Assembly (NCBI GenBank): GCA_963422205.2
Contig: CAXMWX010000001.1
Coordinates: 512,001 to 576,000 of the forward strand
Direction of reading: 5' to 3'
Length of the DNA stretch: 64,000 bases
DNA from: Gammaproteobacteria bacterium
GTDB lineage: Bacteria; Pseudomonadota; Gammaproteobacteria; Eutrophobiales; Eutrophobiaceae
Under the pieces are notes generated by a model. That model was not told where the DNA came from. It made no database searches and worked only from the letters and a program-made list of their open reading frames with translations. Positions 30,313 through 39,677 of the stretch are shown in pieces (position 1 is the stretch's first letter; each line of letters starts with the position of its first letter). A program made the translations under genes and the position numbers.

Positions 30313-31386
30313 CTAACATTGCTGCTGCACGTTCGCCATAATATCCACATCCATCTGCAACAGGATGTCGATGATATCGATCGGCACCCAGTTCTCGCGT
30401 ATCAGGCCGGCATCACAGAGATAAAAATCCATCACGCGCATGTTGATATGACGGCTGGTAGGGCCTGTTCCAAGCCAGTTGCCACCGGTATGTTTTGCCA
30501 CCACACTGGGCCAGCCGGAGGTCGCCGTATATTTACCATCACCAATCTGCACATAATGATTACTGCCACCGCTACTGCGTTTTGGAAAAGCGATACGAAA
30601 AGGCCGTTGATGACAATCCACAAACCCCGCTAACCCGCGGGCGGTACCGATGCCACAGGGCCCATACCACATCATTTTTGGATGCCAGTAATTGACCTGC
30701 GACATGGTGAGTAAGGCATGGCGTTCGATGATCGTGTTGTCCAGTGATTTCTGCATAGCCAGCGTGAGTGCCAGATTGCTGGCGGATTCTGCGGCCTCTT
30801 GTTCTGTAAGCACAATGCCATCTGTCGTCACAGGGCCCGGCCACATCTCCTCAGCGCCCAAAGAGGGCGGCAAGGGCCAGAAGCCGGCCTGGCGAATCAC
30901 ATCCAGCACATCAAGCAGCACGGTACTCATGATGATCTTCTCATCACGTAACTGATGAAACTCGCCATAGCGGATATAGATCACACCACCGCTTGCCGGA
31001 ATGCCCAGCCAGTCCTGTTCAAATCTGCCAACGTAATGACCCACAGCGCCGACATAATCATGCGCCTTGTACGTGCCGCCGATAAGGATAGTGTCACGCC
31101 GTTCCAAATCCGGAAAAGCACACAATAAAGGCGCCCATACGACCTGCTCTATGGCATCAATACCATCTATCTCATTCATGGGATGAGAGCCGCGCCAGTG
31201 AGCATCCTGGTGATATGCGGCATGCAGGCATTGCTGTAACGTGTCCTTTGATGCACTGGCGATATTATCCAGCAGGTGTTTAACCCGCTTTTTATTTTTT
31301 AATGTCAGTGATTCATCAGGCATTAACTTGGCAGGTGTTTTAATAATGCGTGCATGTTCTACAGACTTTGCTGATCTTGATGGCAC
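30313..31386 (-). CDS. Double SnoaL/ester-cyclase protein #4
   Basis: HPMNEIDG, AFPDLERR, WYGPCGIG, MRVMDFY, ENWVPID. Confidence 0.85.
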   Translation of the reverse strand: MPSRSAKSVEHARIIKTPAKLMPDESLTLKNKKRVKHLLDNIASASKDTLQQCLHAAYHQDAHWRGSHPMNEIDGIDAIEQVVWAPLLCAFPDLERRDTILIGGTYKAHDYVGAVGHYVGRFEQDWLGIPASGGVIYIRYGEFHQLRDEKIIMSTVLLDVLDVIRQAGFWPLPPSLGAEEMWPGPVTTDGIVLTEQEAAESASNLALTLAMQKSLDNTIIERHALLTMSQVNYWHPKMMWYGPCGIGTARGLAGFVDCHQRPFRIAFPKRSSGGSNHYVQIGDGKYTATSGWPSVVAKHTGGNWLGTGPTSRHINMRVMDFYLCDAGLIRENWVPIDIIDILLQMDVDIMANVQQQC

Positions 31387-31402
31387 AGATATTGGTCGCT
31401 CA

Positions 31403-33010
31403 TCATATCAGTCTCTCAAAGCAAAACAGGAAGGCAACGATCAGCACAAAAAACACCAGCAGAAGATAACTGCTGTTATCTACTCTGCCGGGAACCAGGT
31501 ACCAGCCGTTTTCTTTTTCGGCGATATTTTCCTGTTTAAATTTTGCTATCTGCCCGACCACGGTATAAGGCGAGTAATTTTTTTGTCTGCCATCTATCAG
31601 CAAGCTGCTGCTGATGGTTACAATCACGCTGACAATCAAACCGATCGCACAATACCACGGCCAGGCAACATCGGTATAAGCCGCCACTAACGCAACAGCA
31701 ATAAAAGCCGCCGCCGTGCCGACCAGCAGACCTTTCTCGGTGGCTTGTTTGGAGAGAAACCCCAACACGTACATGCCGAGTTGTGCGCCGATAAAAAAAG
31801 AGCCGACTTTACTTAAAATCTCCAGCACTGAGCCTTCGCTGCGGGTATACAGCAGGGCAGGGATAATAATCAATACCGCAAATATCCCCGTCAGGCCGCG
31901 CGTGACCTTCAGGTAATGTTCGGGTGTGGCATCCGCTTTGATATATTTCTGATAGAAGTCGATGGTGGCGACAGTGGATAGTGAATTGAAGGCCGAATCC
32001 AGGCTCGACATGGAGGCCGCCATGACCGCAGCAGCGATAATACCCATCAGGCCGGGCAAACCATAATCGGTGACAAATTGCAGGATGATGGTGTTACCGT
32101 TGGCAAATTCCCGGCCACCATAGTAACTGTAAAACAGGATCCCTAACAGGATATACAGCAAATAAATAAAGAAGGCCAGATACCCCATCAGCAGGTAAGA
32201 TTTTTTGGCATCACCGATATCCCTGGCAGCCAGTGTTCTTTGCACCATCATCTGATTGGTGCCATAGACAGTAATATGGAACACGGTCATGGCGATCACC
32301 CCCGACCAGATCGTGGTTACCTGGCTGAGATCAAATGAAAAATTCAGGGGATTGGTTTTTCCCTGTGCCTTTAGCTCCAGCAGGGTTTCATGCAGCGGCA
32401 AGCTCATCTGGCTGAACAGGGCATAGACGATGATGATCGTGCCAACGAACAAGACCCCCGCCTGTATCACGTCAGTCCATATCACGGCCGTGATACCACC
32501 AAGCGCAGTATAAACAAGTGCAATGATGGTGACGATAAAGATGGCATGTACGACATCAAGGCCGGTGATGAAGGCCAGCACCAGCGAGGTTGCATACAAT
32601 ACGGCCCCCGAGCTGAGTGTTTGTGACAGCATCCAGATACAGGAAATAACCCCCCTGGCTTTGCTGCCAAATCGTTTTTCGATGTACTCATAAATTGATG
32701 CCACACCGCTGTTATAGAAAAAGGGAAAAAACAGGCTGATGACAACAAAAATGACGATGGGATAATTGAGATGAATGGCGATAACCGACAGACCTTCCGT
32801 GTAAGACCAGGCGGGCGCACCCAGAAAAGTGAGGGCGCTGACATAGGTGGCGATCACCGAAATGCCGATTGCCCACCAGGGCGTGGTCTTTTTCCCTAAG
32901 TAGAAATCCTGTGCCGTATTGATTTTTTTGCCGAGAAAATATCCCAACAGCAGATTGGCAATAATGTAGACGATGAGAATTGCCCAGTTAAGTGTGCCAA
33001 ATTCAGCCAT
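31403..33010 (-). CDS. Sodium:solute symporter (SSS family)
   Basis: Multi-TM; SALTFLGAP, GGITAVIWTDVIQ, QMMVQR, AASMSSLDS. Confidence 0.93.
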   Translation of the reverse strand: MAEFGTLNWAILIVYIIANLLLGYFLGKKINTAQDFYLGKKTTPWWAIGISVIATYVSALTFLGAPAWSYTEGLSVIAIHLNYPIVIFVVISLFFPFFYNSGVASIYEYIEKRFGSKARGVISCIWMLSQTLSSGAVLYATSLVLAFITGLDVVHAIFIVTIIALVYTALGGITAVIWTDVIQAGVLFVGTIIIVYALFSQMSLPLHETLLELKAQGKTNPLNFSFDLSQVTTIWSGVIAMTVFHITVYGTNQMMVQRTLAARDIGDAKKSYLLMGYLAFFIYLLYILLGILFYSYYGGREFANGNTIILQFVTDYGLPGLMGIIAAAVMAASMSSLDSAFNSLSTVATIDFYQKYIKADATPEHYLKVTRGLTGIFAVLIIIPALLYTRSEGSVLEILSKVGSFFIGAQLGMYVLGFLSKQATEKGLLVGTAAAFIAVALVAAYTDVAWPWYCAIGLIVSVIVTISSSLLIDGRQKNYSPYTVVGQIAKFKQENIAEKENGWYLVPGRVDNSSYLLLVFFVLIVAFLFCFERLI

Positions 33011-33156
33011 GTCTGCAACGCATACCGGATTCTCTAGTCGTTTGTTTCATATCGTTATTTTTATATTGCATTGCTCTTGACAGCGATTGGCATGGCGCAA
33101 ATCTCGCCGCATTGTTACTGTCCGCTAGAGCTTCATTCATGACTGGGGTATAGTTG

Positions 33157-33170
33157 TACTTCGAATGCAG
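33157..33170 (-). promoter_or_regulatory. Putative LacI operator, site 3 (CTGCATTCGAAGTA)
   Basis: Upstream of the SSS-SnoaL operon; same 12-bp core. Confidence 0.75.
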
Positions 33171-33346
33171 AATCTATTCAAGTAAAAATTGCGATATCAG
33201 CAGGATACAATTCTCACAGTAACAAGAAACGACTTGCATGCAAAAGCAGATAAAAATGAGCATTAATCAAGCGCATATCAGCCCCTCTTATCGCCCAGGA
33301 ATGCCAATCTTTTACGTGATACCCCGTGTATGTTGGTAGAATAGTA

Positions 33347-33360
33347 TTGCATTCGAAGTA
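33347..33360 (+). promoter_or_regulatory. Putative LacI operator, site 4 (TTGCATTCGAAGTA)
   Basis: Upstream of the cupin gene; identical to site 2. Confidence 0.78.
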
Positions 33361-33409
33361 AATTATCTCTGATCATGTATTTTTTTACGGAAGCAGGTGT
33401 AATATCACG

Positions 33410-34429
33410 ATGAGTAACAGGCACAATCAGGCGGACCTGGCGCAGCGGCTCGTTCGCTACCGGGATTTGATCCCCTGCACCACGGCATTCATTGATACCA
33501 GGACACCGGGTAACCAGAAAGAAAACTTCACCATCATCGGCCCCGGGGTAGCGGAGAGCCCGGAGCAATACGTACACATTAATATACCGCATGGTTTTAA
33601 CATAGGCGGCGTCAGGCAGCAGCCCCATTGTGTCAATTCCCAGCACAGCCACGAGACGGCGGAGGTGTTCATTATCCAGAACAGCGAATGGGCGTTTCGC
33701 TGGGGGGTAGATGCTGATGAGGGTGAAATTGTGCTTGGCCCGGGCGATGTGATCTCCATACCGACACAGGTCTTCCGCGGTTTTGAAAATGTGGGCAAGG
33801 GGACCGGTTATATGTGCTCGGTGCTGGGTGGGGATGATCCGGGGCGGGTTACCTGGGCGCCCGTGGTCTTTGAAATGGCAGCGGCACATGGCCTGATCCT
33901 GCTGGAAAACGGCCAGCTTGTCGATACCACCAAAGGCGAGACTGTCCCTGAAGGTCTGTCGGCCATGCCAGTGACTTCTGAGGCAGAGATTAACCGCATG
34001 CGTCATCTTACGATGCAGGAGATGGCGGGCTGTGTGTATGTTATGAGCCATGCCAGAGCGAAGGCCAAGACAGTGCTGACCGAGCATAATGCCTGTGAAG
34101 AGGTACCGGTGATCGGCCCTGCCAACCCGGCTGAAAAGATTGCCGCCGGCAAAATGAACTGGCAGCATGGTTTTCATCTGCGTTGCCTGATCATGCCGCC
34201 CGCTGGCGAGATCGCCGCCCATGCACGATTGGAAGAAGAGGTGATTTACGTCTACCAGGGTGAATTGGCTATTGCATGGGAGCAGGGACAATTGAGCTTG
34301 AAGCGCGGCGATGTGATCACCCTGCCGAAAAATTTATCTCGCCGTCTTATCAATGCGAGCGGCAAGACAACCACAGCTTACATCGTTCGCGGGGGTGACC
34401 GGCCAGCAGCACCACAGTGGGGCGATTGA
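33410..34429 (+). CDS. Bicupin-domain protein
   Basis: QHSHETAEVF (HxHxxxE), LGPGDVISIP; second cupin HARLEEEV...RGDVITLP. Confidence 0.85.
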   Translation: MSNRHNQADLAQRLVRYRDLIPCTTAFIDTRTPGNQKENFTIIGPGVAESPEQYVHINIPHGFNIGGVRQQPHCVNSQHSHETAEVFIIQNSEWAFRWGVDADEGEIVLGPGDVISIPTQVFRGFENVGKGTGYMCSVLGGDDPGRVTWAPVVFEMAAAHGLILLENGQLVDTTKGETVPEGLSAMPVTSEAEINRMRHLTMQEMAGCVYVMSHARAKAKTVLTEHNACEEVPVIGPANPAEKIAAGKMNWQHGFHLRCLIMPPAGEIAAHARLEEEVIYVYQGELAIAWEQGQLSLKRGDVITLPKNLSRRLINASGKTTTAYIVRGGDRPAAPQWGD

Positions 34430-34534
34430 TCTCATCTTGCCCCTCCCTGGTGGCAAACCTGTCTCACAGGCGAGCGGCATCCGTGCTATAGTCGTTTGCA
34501 AGTCAAACGATGATGATCTGATCTTGCCGGATTT

Positions 34535-35623
34535 ATGAGTAACAGTGCGCGAGTGGCGGTGATTGGCACCAGTTATTATGCTGATGTCATGCACCTGGCG
34601 GCATTGCAGAGTCACCCTGATGCTGACATAGCGGCTATTTGTGGGCGCAACCAACAACGTGCCCAGCGATTGGCTGAGAAATATCATATTCCTGTGATGT
34701 ATACCGATTATCAGGATGTGTTCAGCGATAACAGTCTGGATGCGGTCATTATTGCTGTGCCGGATGATCTGCATTATCCGCTTACCTTGGCAGCCGTTGA
34801 TGCCGGCCTGCATGTGATCTGTGAAAAACCGCTGGCACAAAACCTGGAACAGGCACGCAGGATGTGTGACCGGGCTGCTCGGTCAGATGTGATCACGATG
34901 ACTTATTTTACCTGGCGCTGGCTGCCGCATTGTGAATACATCAAGCGCCTGATCGATAGCGGTTATATCGGCCATTGTTTTCATGCAGAACTTGGTTATC
35001 TGAGTGATTATGGGCTGAGTCGGGCGTATGCCTGGCGCTGGGATGCCACCCGTGCCCTGGGTGTATTGGGTGATCTGGGTTCGCATATCATTCATCTGCT
35101 GCAATGGTATCTGGGCGATATCACCTCTGTGTCAGCACAGATAAAAACCTGCGTGGAGAAAACCGGCATGGATGGAAATACGATGCCAACAGCAAATGAC
35201 TTTGCCCGGCTCAATCTGCAATGCCAGCAGGGTACAGAGGTGGCGATCACGGTGAGTGCGGTGGCCGATATCGGTGATCATGGACAGCAGCAGCGCCTTG
35301 AGTTTTATGGGGATGCGGGCATATTACAAGCCCGATTCGATCTGAAAAATGGCTATCATCTGTATGGCAAGCGCCATACCGATGCGGCGATAAAGGAACT
35401 GCCTGTGCCGGAGGATATTTTGCAGGGGATCCCGCAGGACATGCTGTTTACAGCACAGCGCCGCCGGGTATTTACTGAAAAAAATGTCGGCACCCGTTTG
35501 TTTATAGACGCTGTTTCCAGGGGCAAGCCGGTGCAGCCGGATTTACACAGCGGCTATCAGGTGCAGCGTGTGATTGATGCCGCTGTACGCGCCCATGCCG
35601 AAGGTGAGCCGATGTACCTGTAA
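34535..35623 (+). CDS. Gfo/Idh/MocA oxidoreductase
   Basis: VAVIGT, HVICEKPLA, GDLGSHIIHL. Confidence 0.92.
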   Translation: MSNSARVAVIGTSYYADVMHLAALQSHPDADIAAICGRNQQRAQRLAEKYHIPVMYTDYQDVFSDNSLDAVIIAVPDDLHYPLTLAAVDAGLHVICEKPLAQNLEQARRMCDRAARSDVITMTYFTWRWLPHCEYIKRLIDSGYIGHCFHAELGYLSDYGLSRAYAWRWDATRALGVLGDLGSHIIHLLQWYLGDITSVSAQIKTCVEKTGMDGNTMPTANDFARLNLQCQQGTEVAITVSAVADIGDHGQQQRLEFYGDAGILQARFDLKNGYHLYGKRHTDAAIKELPVPEDILQGIPQDMLFTAQRRRVFTEKNVGTRLFIDAVSRGKPVQPDLHSGYQVQRVIDAAVRAHAEGEPMYL

Positions 35624-35775
35624 TGCAGGCATACGGGGTATCAGATATCCTGATAAGATAAAGCCAAGCAGTCCCCTGGATAAGCTGACGCCATTTGCCT
35701 GATTGCAGCCCGCCTCGATGGAAGCGGCCGTGCTGCCTGGCGGTTCTGGACAGCATGTGATTTGCGTACGGCGCC

Positions 35776-35922
35776 CGGATTGCGGCCATGGTCTTCATCG
35801 AAGTTAAATTGCGTTATCTGATCGACCATGAATGGGCAAGTTGTGCCGATGTTCTCTTGTGGATGAGAACCAGGCCGGGTATGATTCTCATCCGGCATGA
35901 GAGTGATACCCTGAAGGCATGA
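35776..35922 (+). pseudogene. glpD: Frameshifted C-terminal remnant of aerobic glycerol-3-phosphate dehydrogenase
   Basis: DCGHG then, after a frameshift, EVKLRYLIDHEWASCADVLLWMRTRPGM, matching the GlpD tail DFGH..YEAELKYLVDHEW...DALWRRTKQGM as recalled. Confidence 0.65.
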
Positions 35923-35995
35923 GGCGTGTCAAATAAACAGGCGATCCTGGTTTGATGATATATTTGCCGGATGAGTAAGCCCGATGAGTTAAGTA

Positions 35996-36889
35996 TTGAT
36001 GTCAAGTTTTCAAGATACGGATTATAAAAAATACCTGTTACCCAGGCGCCTGATCTTTTTTGATTTGGACGGGACGATCATTCCGTCAACGGCAGCCACG
36101 GGCCGGCGTATTGCTATTGCCATGTCGTGTTACGATACAGTGAAGGCATTCATGGCGAATAATTTTGCTATCGCCGATACGCTGCCGATGGATGAGTCAC
36201 AATGCAGCAGCTGGTATAAAAAATACGGCGGACCGGAAGGTCTGATAAGATACCTGCTGGCGGAGGTGAAGGCCACGGATGAGGTGAAGGATTGCATCAG
36301 TTTTTACTACCACGGATTGTTCAGTCGTCGTTTAACACAATATGATGAGACCGATCTGCAATATGACAGCGTGCCTCAGGAACATATTGATTTTCTGTAC
36401 CGGATAAATGAACAGGCATCTATTTTATTGATCTCCTACCGCTACCAGACCCAATTCGATTTTTTATCTTCGTTGGAAAAAATAAAACTGACACACAAGG
36501 GCTTGTTCGGTCCGCACAATGCCTTCGCTGTTGGCGGGCCGGGGACTTCGGCAGATGGTTCCAAGTCCCGTTTTGTTGGCAGTATGTGGCGTAAGGAAAT
36601 CCGAGCACAGCGCCGGTTGACCTCTGCCATAGGCAAACGCTTCTCGCCCATTGTTATCGGCGACTCAACACGTGATGTGCATTTTGCTGTCGATATTGGC
36701 AGCATATTCTTTGGCGTATCGGCAACCGGCGAGTCATCACATGAGGCCCTGGTGCAGGAGATAAAAAAACAGGCAGATAATCTCAGCTCACGTTCCCGGG
36801 TTTTTCCTTCGCTGGCTGATGAGCAGTTACAAAAACGCGTATTTGAAGAGTGCAGCAGTTATCAGGACACGGTGCGATCACTCGCTTGA
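35996..36889 (+). CDS. HAD-superfamily hydrolase (divergent)
   Basis: FFDLDGT (motif I), LISYR (II), GSK (III), IGDSTRD (IV). Confidence 0.8.
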   Translation: MMSSFQDTDYKKYLLPRRLIFFDLDGTIIPSTAATGRRIAIAMSCYDTVKAFMANNFAIADTLPMDESQCSSWYKKYGGPEGLIRYLLAEVKATDEVKDCISFYYHGLFSRRLTQYDETDLQYDSVPQEHIDFLYRINEQASILLISYRYQTQFDFLSSLEKIKLTHKGLFGPHNAFAVGGPGTSADGSKSRFVGSMWRKEIRAQRRLTSAIGKRFSPIVIGDSTRDVHFAVDIGSIFFGVSATGESSHEALVQEIKKQADNLSSRSRVFPSLADEQLQKRVFEECSSYQDTVRSLA

Positions 36890-36898
36890 TATCGCTGG

Positions 36899-37447
36899 TT
36901 ACAGTGTTAATACAAATTTTTGTCCGGCACTTGCAAGCACATAGTCATTCGTGTTCTCTCCCGGGCCTAACAGTGCAGCCAGTTCGATAAATGTGCTGCG
37001 ATTAAATCTTGCGGTCAGCCCGTGCCGAATATGCACATAGGGAATACGCACGGCTGGCTGGATATGGTGTAATGTGCTGCTGTCAATCGGGTGTTGTGAA
37101 TCCACGGTGATCTGATCACCGAGGTTGGTACGCACTTTGATGATCTGTGCCGTTGTGTTTGGCTGCATGGCCGTCAGTTCGACGACGATAAAGGGCAGAT
37201 CGTCAACCTGAATGCGCCATTTTTCCACCGGCGTGACCAGATAATAATCGCCCTGTTCATATCGCAGCACGGAGGCAAACAGGGCGACCAGCCGCCGGTT
37301 GTTCACTGCCGCCCCATCAATAAACCAGGCCCCATCCGGCTTGATAACACAATCCATGTCGCCAGATAACGGCGGGTCCCAGTGTTGTAGCGGGCGCTGT
37401 GTTATGCCTGGCCCGCCCAGTTGTGTGTAAAATGCCCTGGCATCCAT
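36899..37447 (-). CDS. DUF1285 family protein
   Basis: WDPPLSGDMD..IKPDGAW, LFASVLR, YYLVTPVEK..IQVDDLPF, RTNLGD. Confidence 0.88.
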   Translation of the reverse strand: MDARAFYTQLGGPGITQRPLQHWDPPLSGDMDCVIKPDGAWFIDGAAVNNRRLVALFASVLRYEQGDYYLVTPVEKWRIQVDDLPFIVVELTAMQPNTTAQIIKVRTNLGDQITVDSQHPIDSSTLHHIQPAVRIPYVHIRHGLTARFNRSTFIELAALLGPGENTNDYVLASAGQKFVLTL

Positions 37448-37642
37448 GATGAGTGAGCGAATTATCAGTCGGCGGACTCTGCGCCGGACAGCATGTGTCT
37501 CATCGCTTTCGATGCTTTATCGGCCAGATAATTTTGTCTGGATTGACGGTTGCGGGTACTCACGGGCAGGCATCATATCATCAACCTGATCAATCATGCG
37601 CTCGCCATTCCCCATCGTCAGTAAACCCGCTAAACTGCGCCG

Positions 37643-38581
37643 ATGAACGGGCATGAGAACAGGCTGTTGGTGGCGGCATTTTACAAGTTTATCCCCCTTG
37701 AGGATTATTGGACATTAAGGCCGCCGTTGCTGCGTTGTTGTCATGACAATGCGCTTCATGGCACTATCCTGCTGGCTGCCGAGGGGATTAATGGCACGGT
37801 TGTCGGCACGGAAGCCGGGATCAGATCGCTGTTTACGTATCTGCACCAGGACCCCCGATTGACTGATCTTGTATACCAGCGATCTTATGTCGCCTCGCCA
37901 CCATTTCATCGGCTGAAGGTCAAGCTGAAAAAGGAAATTGTGACCATGGGCAAGGCGGATGTGGCACCGGCAAAGCGCACCGGGATCGCGGTCGAGCCCG
38001 CCGACTGGAATCACCTGATTTGTGCAGATGAGGTGTTGGTGTTGGATACCCGTAACCACTACGAATATGCAGTTGGCACTTTCGTCAATGCCATCTCGCC
38101 CAACACCACAAACTTTCGCGAATTTCCCGGTTTTGTTGAGCAACAGCTTGATCCAACCGCCACAGTGGCCATGTTCTGCACCGGGGGTGTTCGTTGTGAA
38201 AAAGCCAGCGCCTGGTTGCTGCATAAGGGGTTTAAACGTATCTACCAGCTTGCGGGCGGGATCCTGAATTACCTGAAGCACGTGCCATCCGGGGAGAGTC
38301 TGTGGCGGGGTGAGTGTTTTGTGTTTGATAACCGAGTGACGGTTGATCATGAACTGGAGGCGGGCAGTTGCCTACAATGTTATGCCTGTCGGCGACCGCT
38401 GTGTGCTGAGGATAGCCAGTCAGTACATTATCAGGCCGGCATCTCCTGTCCTTATTGTTATGATAAATCCAGCGAGGTGCAGAAGTCCGGCTTTGCAGAG
38501 CGCCGGAGGCAGGTCAGGCTTGCTGGACAGCGGCGGATTAAGCACATCGGTGCGAAAATGCCGATGAGCAAACAGAGATAA
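37643..38581 (+). CDS. trhO: tRNA U34 hydroxylase TrhO (rhodanese-related)
   Basis: AFYKF, EGINGT, KLKKEIVTMG, DTRNHYE, FCTGGVRCEK, GGILNY, GECFVFDNR; next to cmoB. Confidence 0.9.
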   Translation: MNGHENRLLVAAFYKFIPLEDYWTLRPPLLRCCHDNALHGTILLAAEGINGTVVGTEAGIRSLFTYLHQDPRLTDLVYQRSYVASPPFHRLKVKLKKEIVTMGKADVAPAKRTGIAVEPADWNHLICADEVLVLDTRNHYEYAVGTFVNAISPNTTNFREFPGFVEQQLDPTATVAMFCTGGVRCEKASAWLLHKGFKRIYQLAGGILNYLKHVPSGESLWRGECFVFDNRVTVDHELEAGSCLQCYACRRPLCAEDSQSVHYQAGISCPYCYDKSSEVQKSGFAERRRQVRLAGQRRIKHIGAKMPMSKQR

Positions 38582-38600
38582 ATCTGCCGCCATTATTTAT

Positions 38601-39572
38601 ATGGCAGCGAACCTTCTGCAACAGCGTCTCACCCGTCATGGCATGGGGCGCTGGGCGGTGCAGTTTGTGTGTCGGTTACATCGTTATTATGCACAGTTAC
38701 GATGCCACGGTGATTATCCGGCATGGCAGCAGGCGATAGCCGGGTTGGCTGAGATCACGCCCAGCCAGGTTGTGCTGGATGCCGACTGGATTCGGATTGG
38801 ATCAGCCGATGATTGCCCGGCGAATGTGCAGCGTGAACTGGAACAGGTCATAGCGGTATTAAGGCCGTGGCGCAAAGGGCCTTACACGTTGTTCGGTATA
38901 GATTTGGATGCCGAATGGCGCTCTGATTACAAGTGGCGCCGTTTGCAGGGCAGGATCAGTTCATTGCAGGGGCGTTGTGTGCTGGATGTGGGCTGTGGCA
39001 ATGGGTATTTTGGCTGGCGTATGCTGGCGGCAGGTGCTGATCTGGTCATCGGCCTTGATCCGGTGCTGCGCTATGTCATGCAATATCACCTCATACAAAA
39101 ATACCTTCGGCAATATGCTTTTACGTTACTGCCGTGTCGTCTTGAGGATGTACTGGATGAGCATTTGCAGTTTGATACGGTGTTCTCCATGGGCGTGCTG
39201 TATCACCATCCGGCACCTGAAACGCATCTCCGGCATGTATTTGACGTGCTGCGGCCTGGCGGGGAATTAATTCTTGAAACCTTAATTGTTGATGACAGTT
39301 ATGCCGAAAAATTAAGGCCGACCACACGTTATGCACGCATGAAGAATATCTCCATTATTCCCAGTATCCAGACACTCACATCCTGGCTGACATGCTGTGG
39401 TTATCGGCAAGCGATGTTGGCCGATGTGTCGAGAACAACACCGGCTGAACAAAGGGTGACACGCTGGTCAGGGACGCAATCCTTGATAAACTTTCTTGAT
39501 AAAAACGATAACCATCTGACGATAGAAGGGTATCCTGCACCGCAACGAGCGATACTGATTGCACAGAAGTAA
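38601..39572 (+). CDS. cmoB: tRNA 5-carboxymethoxyuridine synthase CmoB
   Basis: PWRKGP, DAEWRSDYKW, LDVGCGNGY, FSMGVLYH, TIEGYPAP. Confidence 0.95.
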   Translation: MAANLLQQRLTRHGMGRWAVQFVCRLHRYYAQLRCHGDYPAWQQAIAGLAEITPSQVVLDADWIRIGSADDCPANVQRELEQVIAVLRPWRKGPYTLFGIDLDAEWRSDYKWRRLQGRISSLQGRCVLDVGCGNGYFGWRMLAAGADLVIGLDPVLRYVMQYHLIQKYLRQYAFTLLPCRLEDVLDEHLQFDTVFSMGVLYHHPAPETHLRHVFDVLRPGGELILETLIVDDSYAEKLRPTTRYARMKNISIIPSIQTLTSWLTCCGYRQAMLADVSRTTPAEQRVTRWSGTQSLINFLDKNDNHLTIEGYPAPQRAILIAQK

Positions 39573-39677
39573 CCTGATATGTATGTGCATATATCACCTG
39601 ATTGACGAGGCGATGAGCCGTCTGGGAGATGCCGTTCATTCCCCGGCGGCGTCAGTGCAGATGATACTGTCTGTTAT

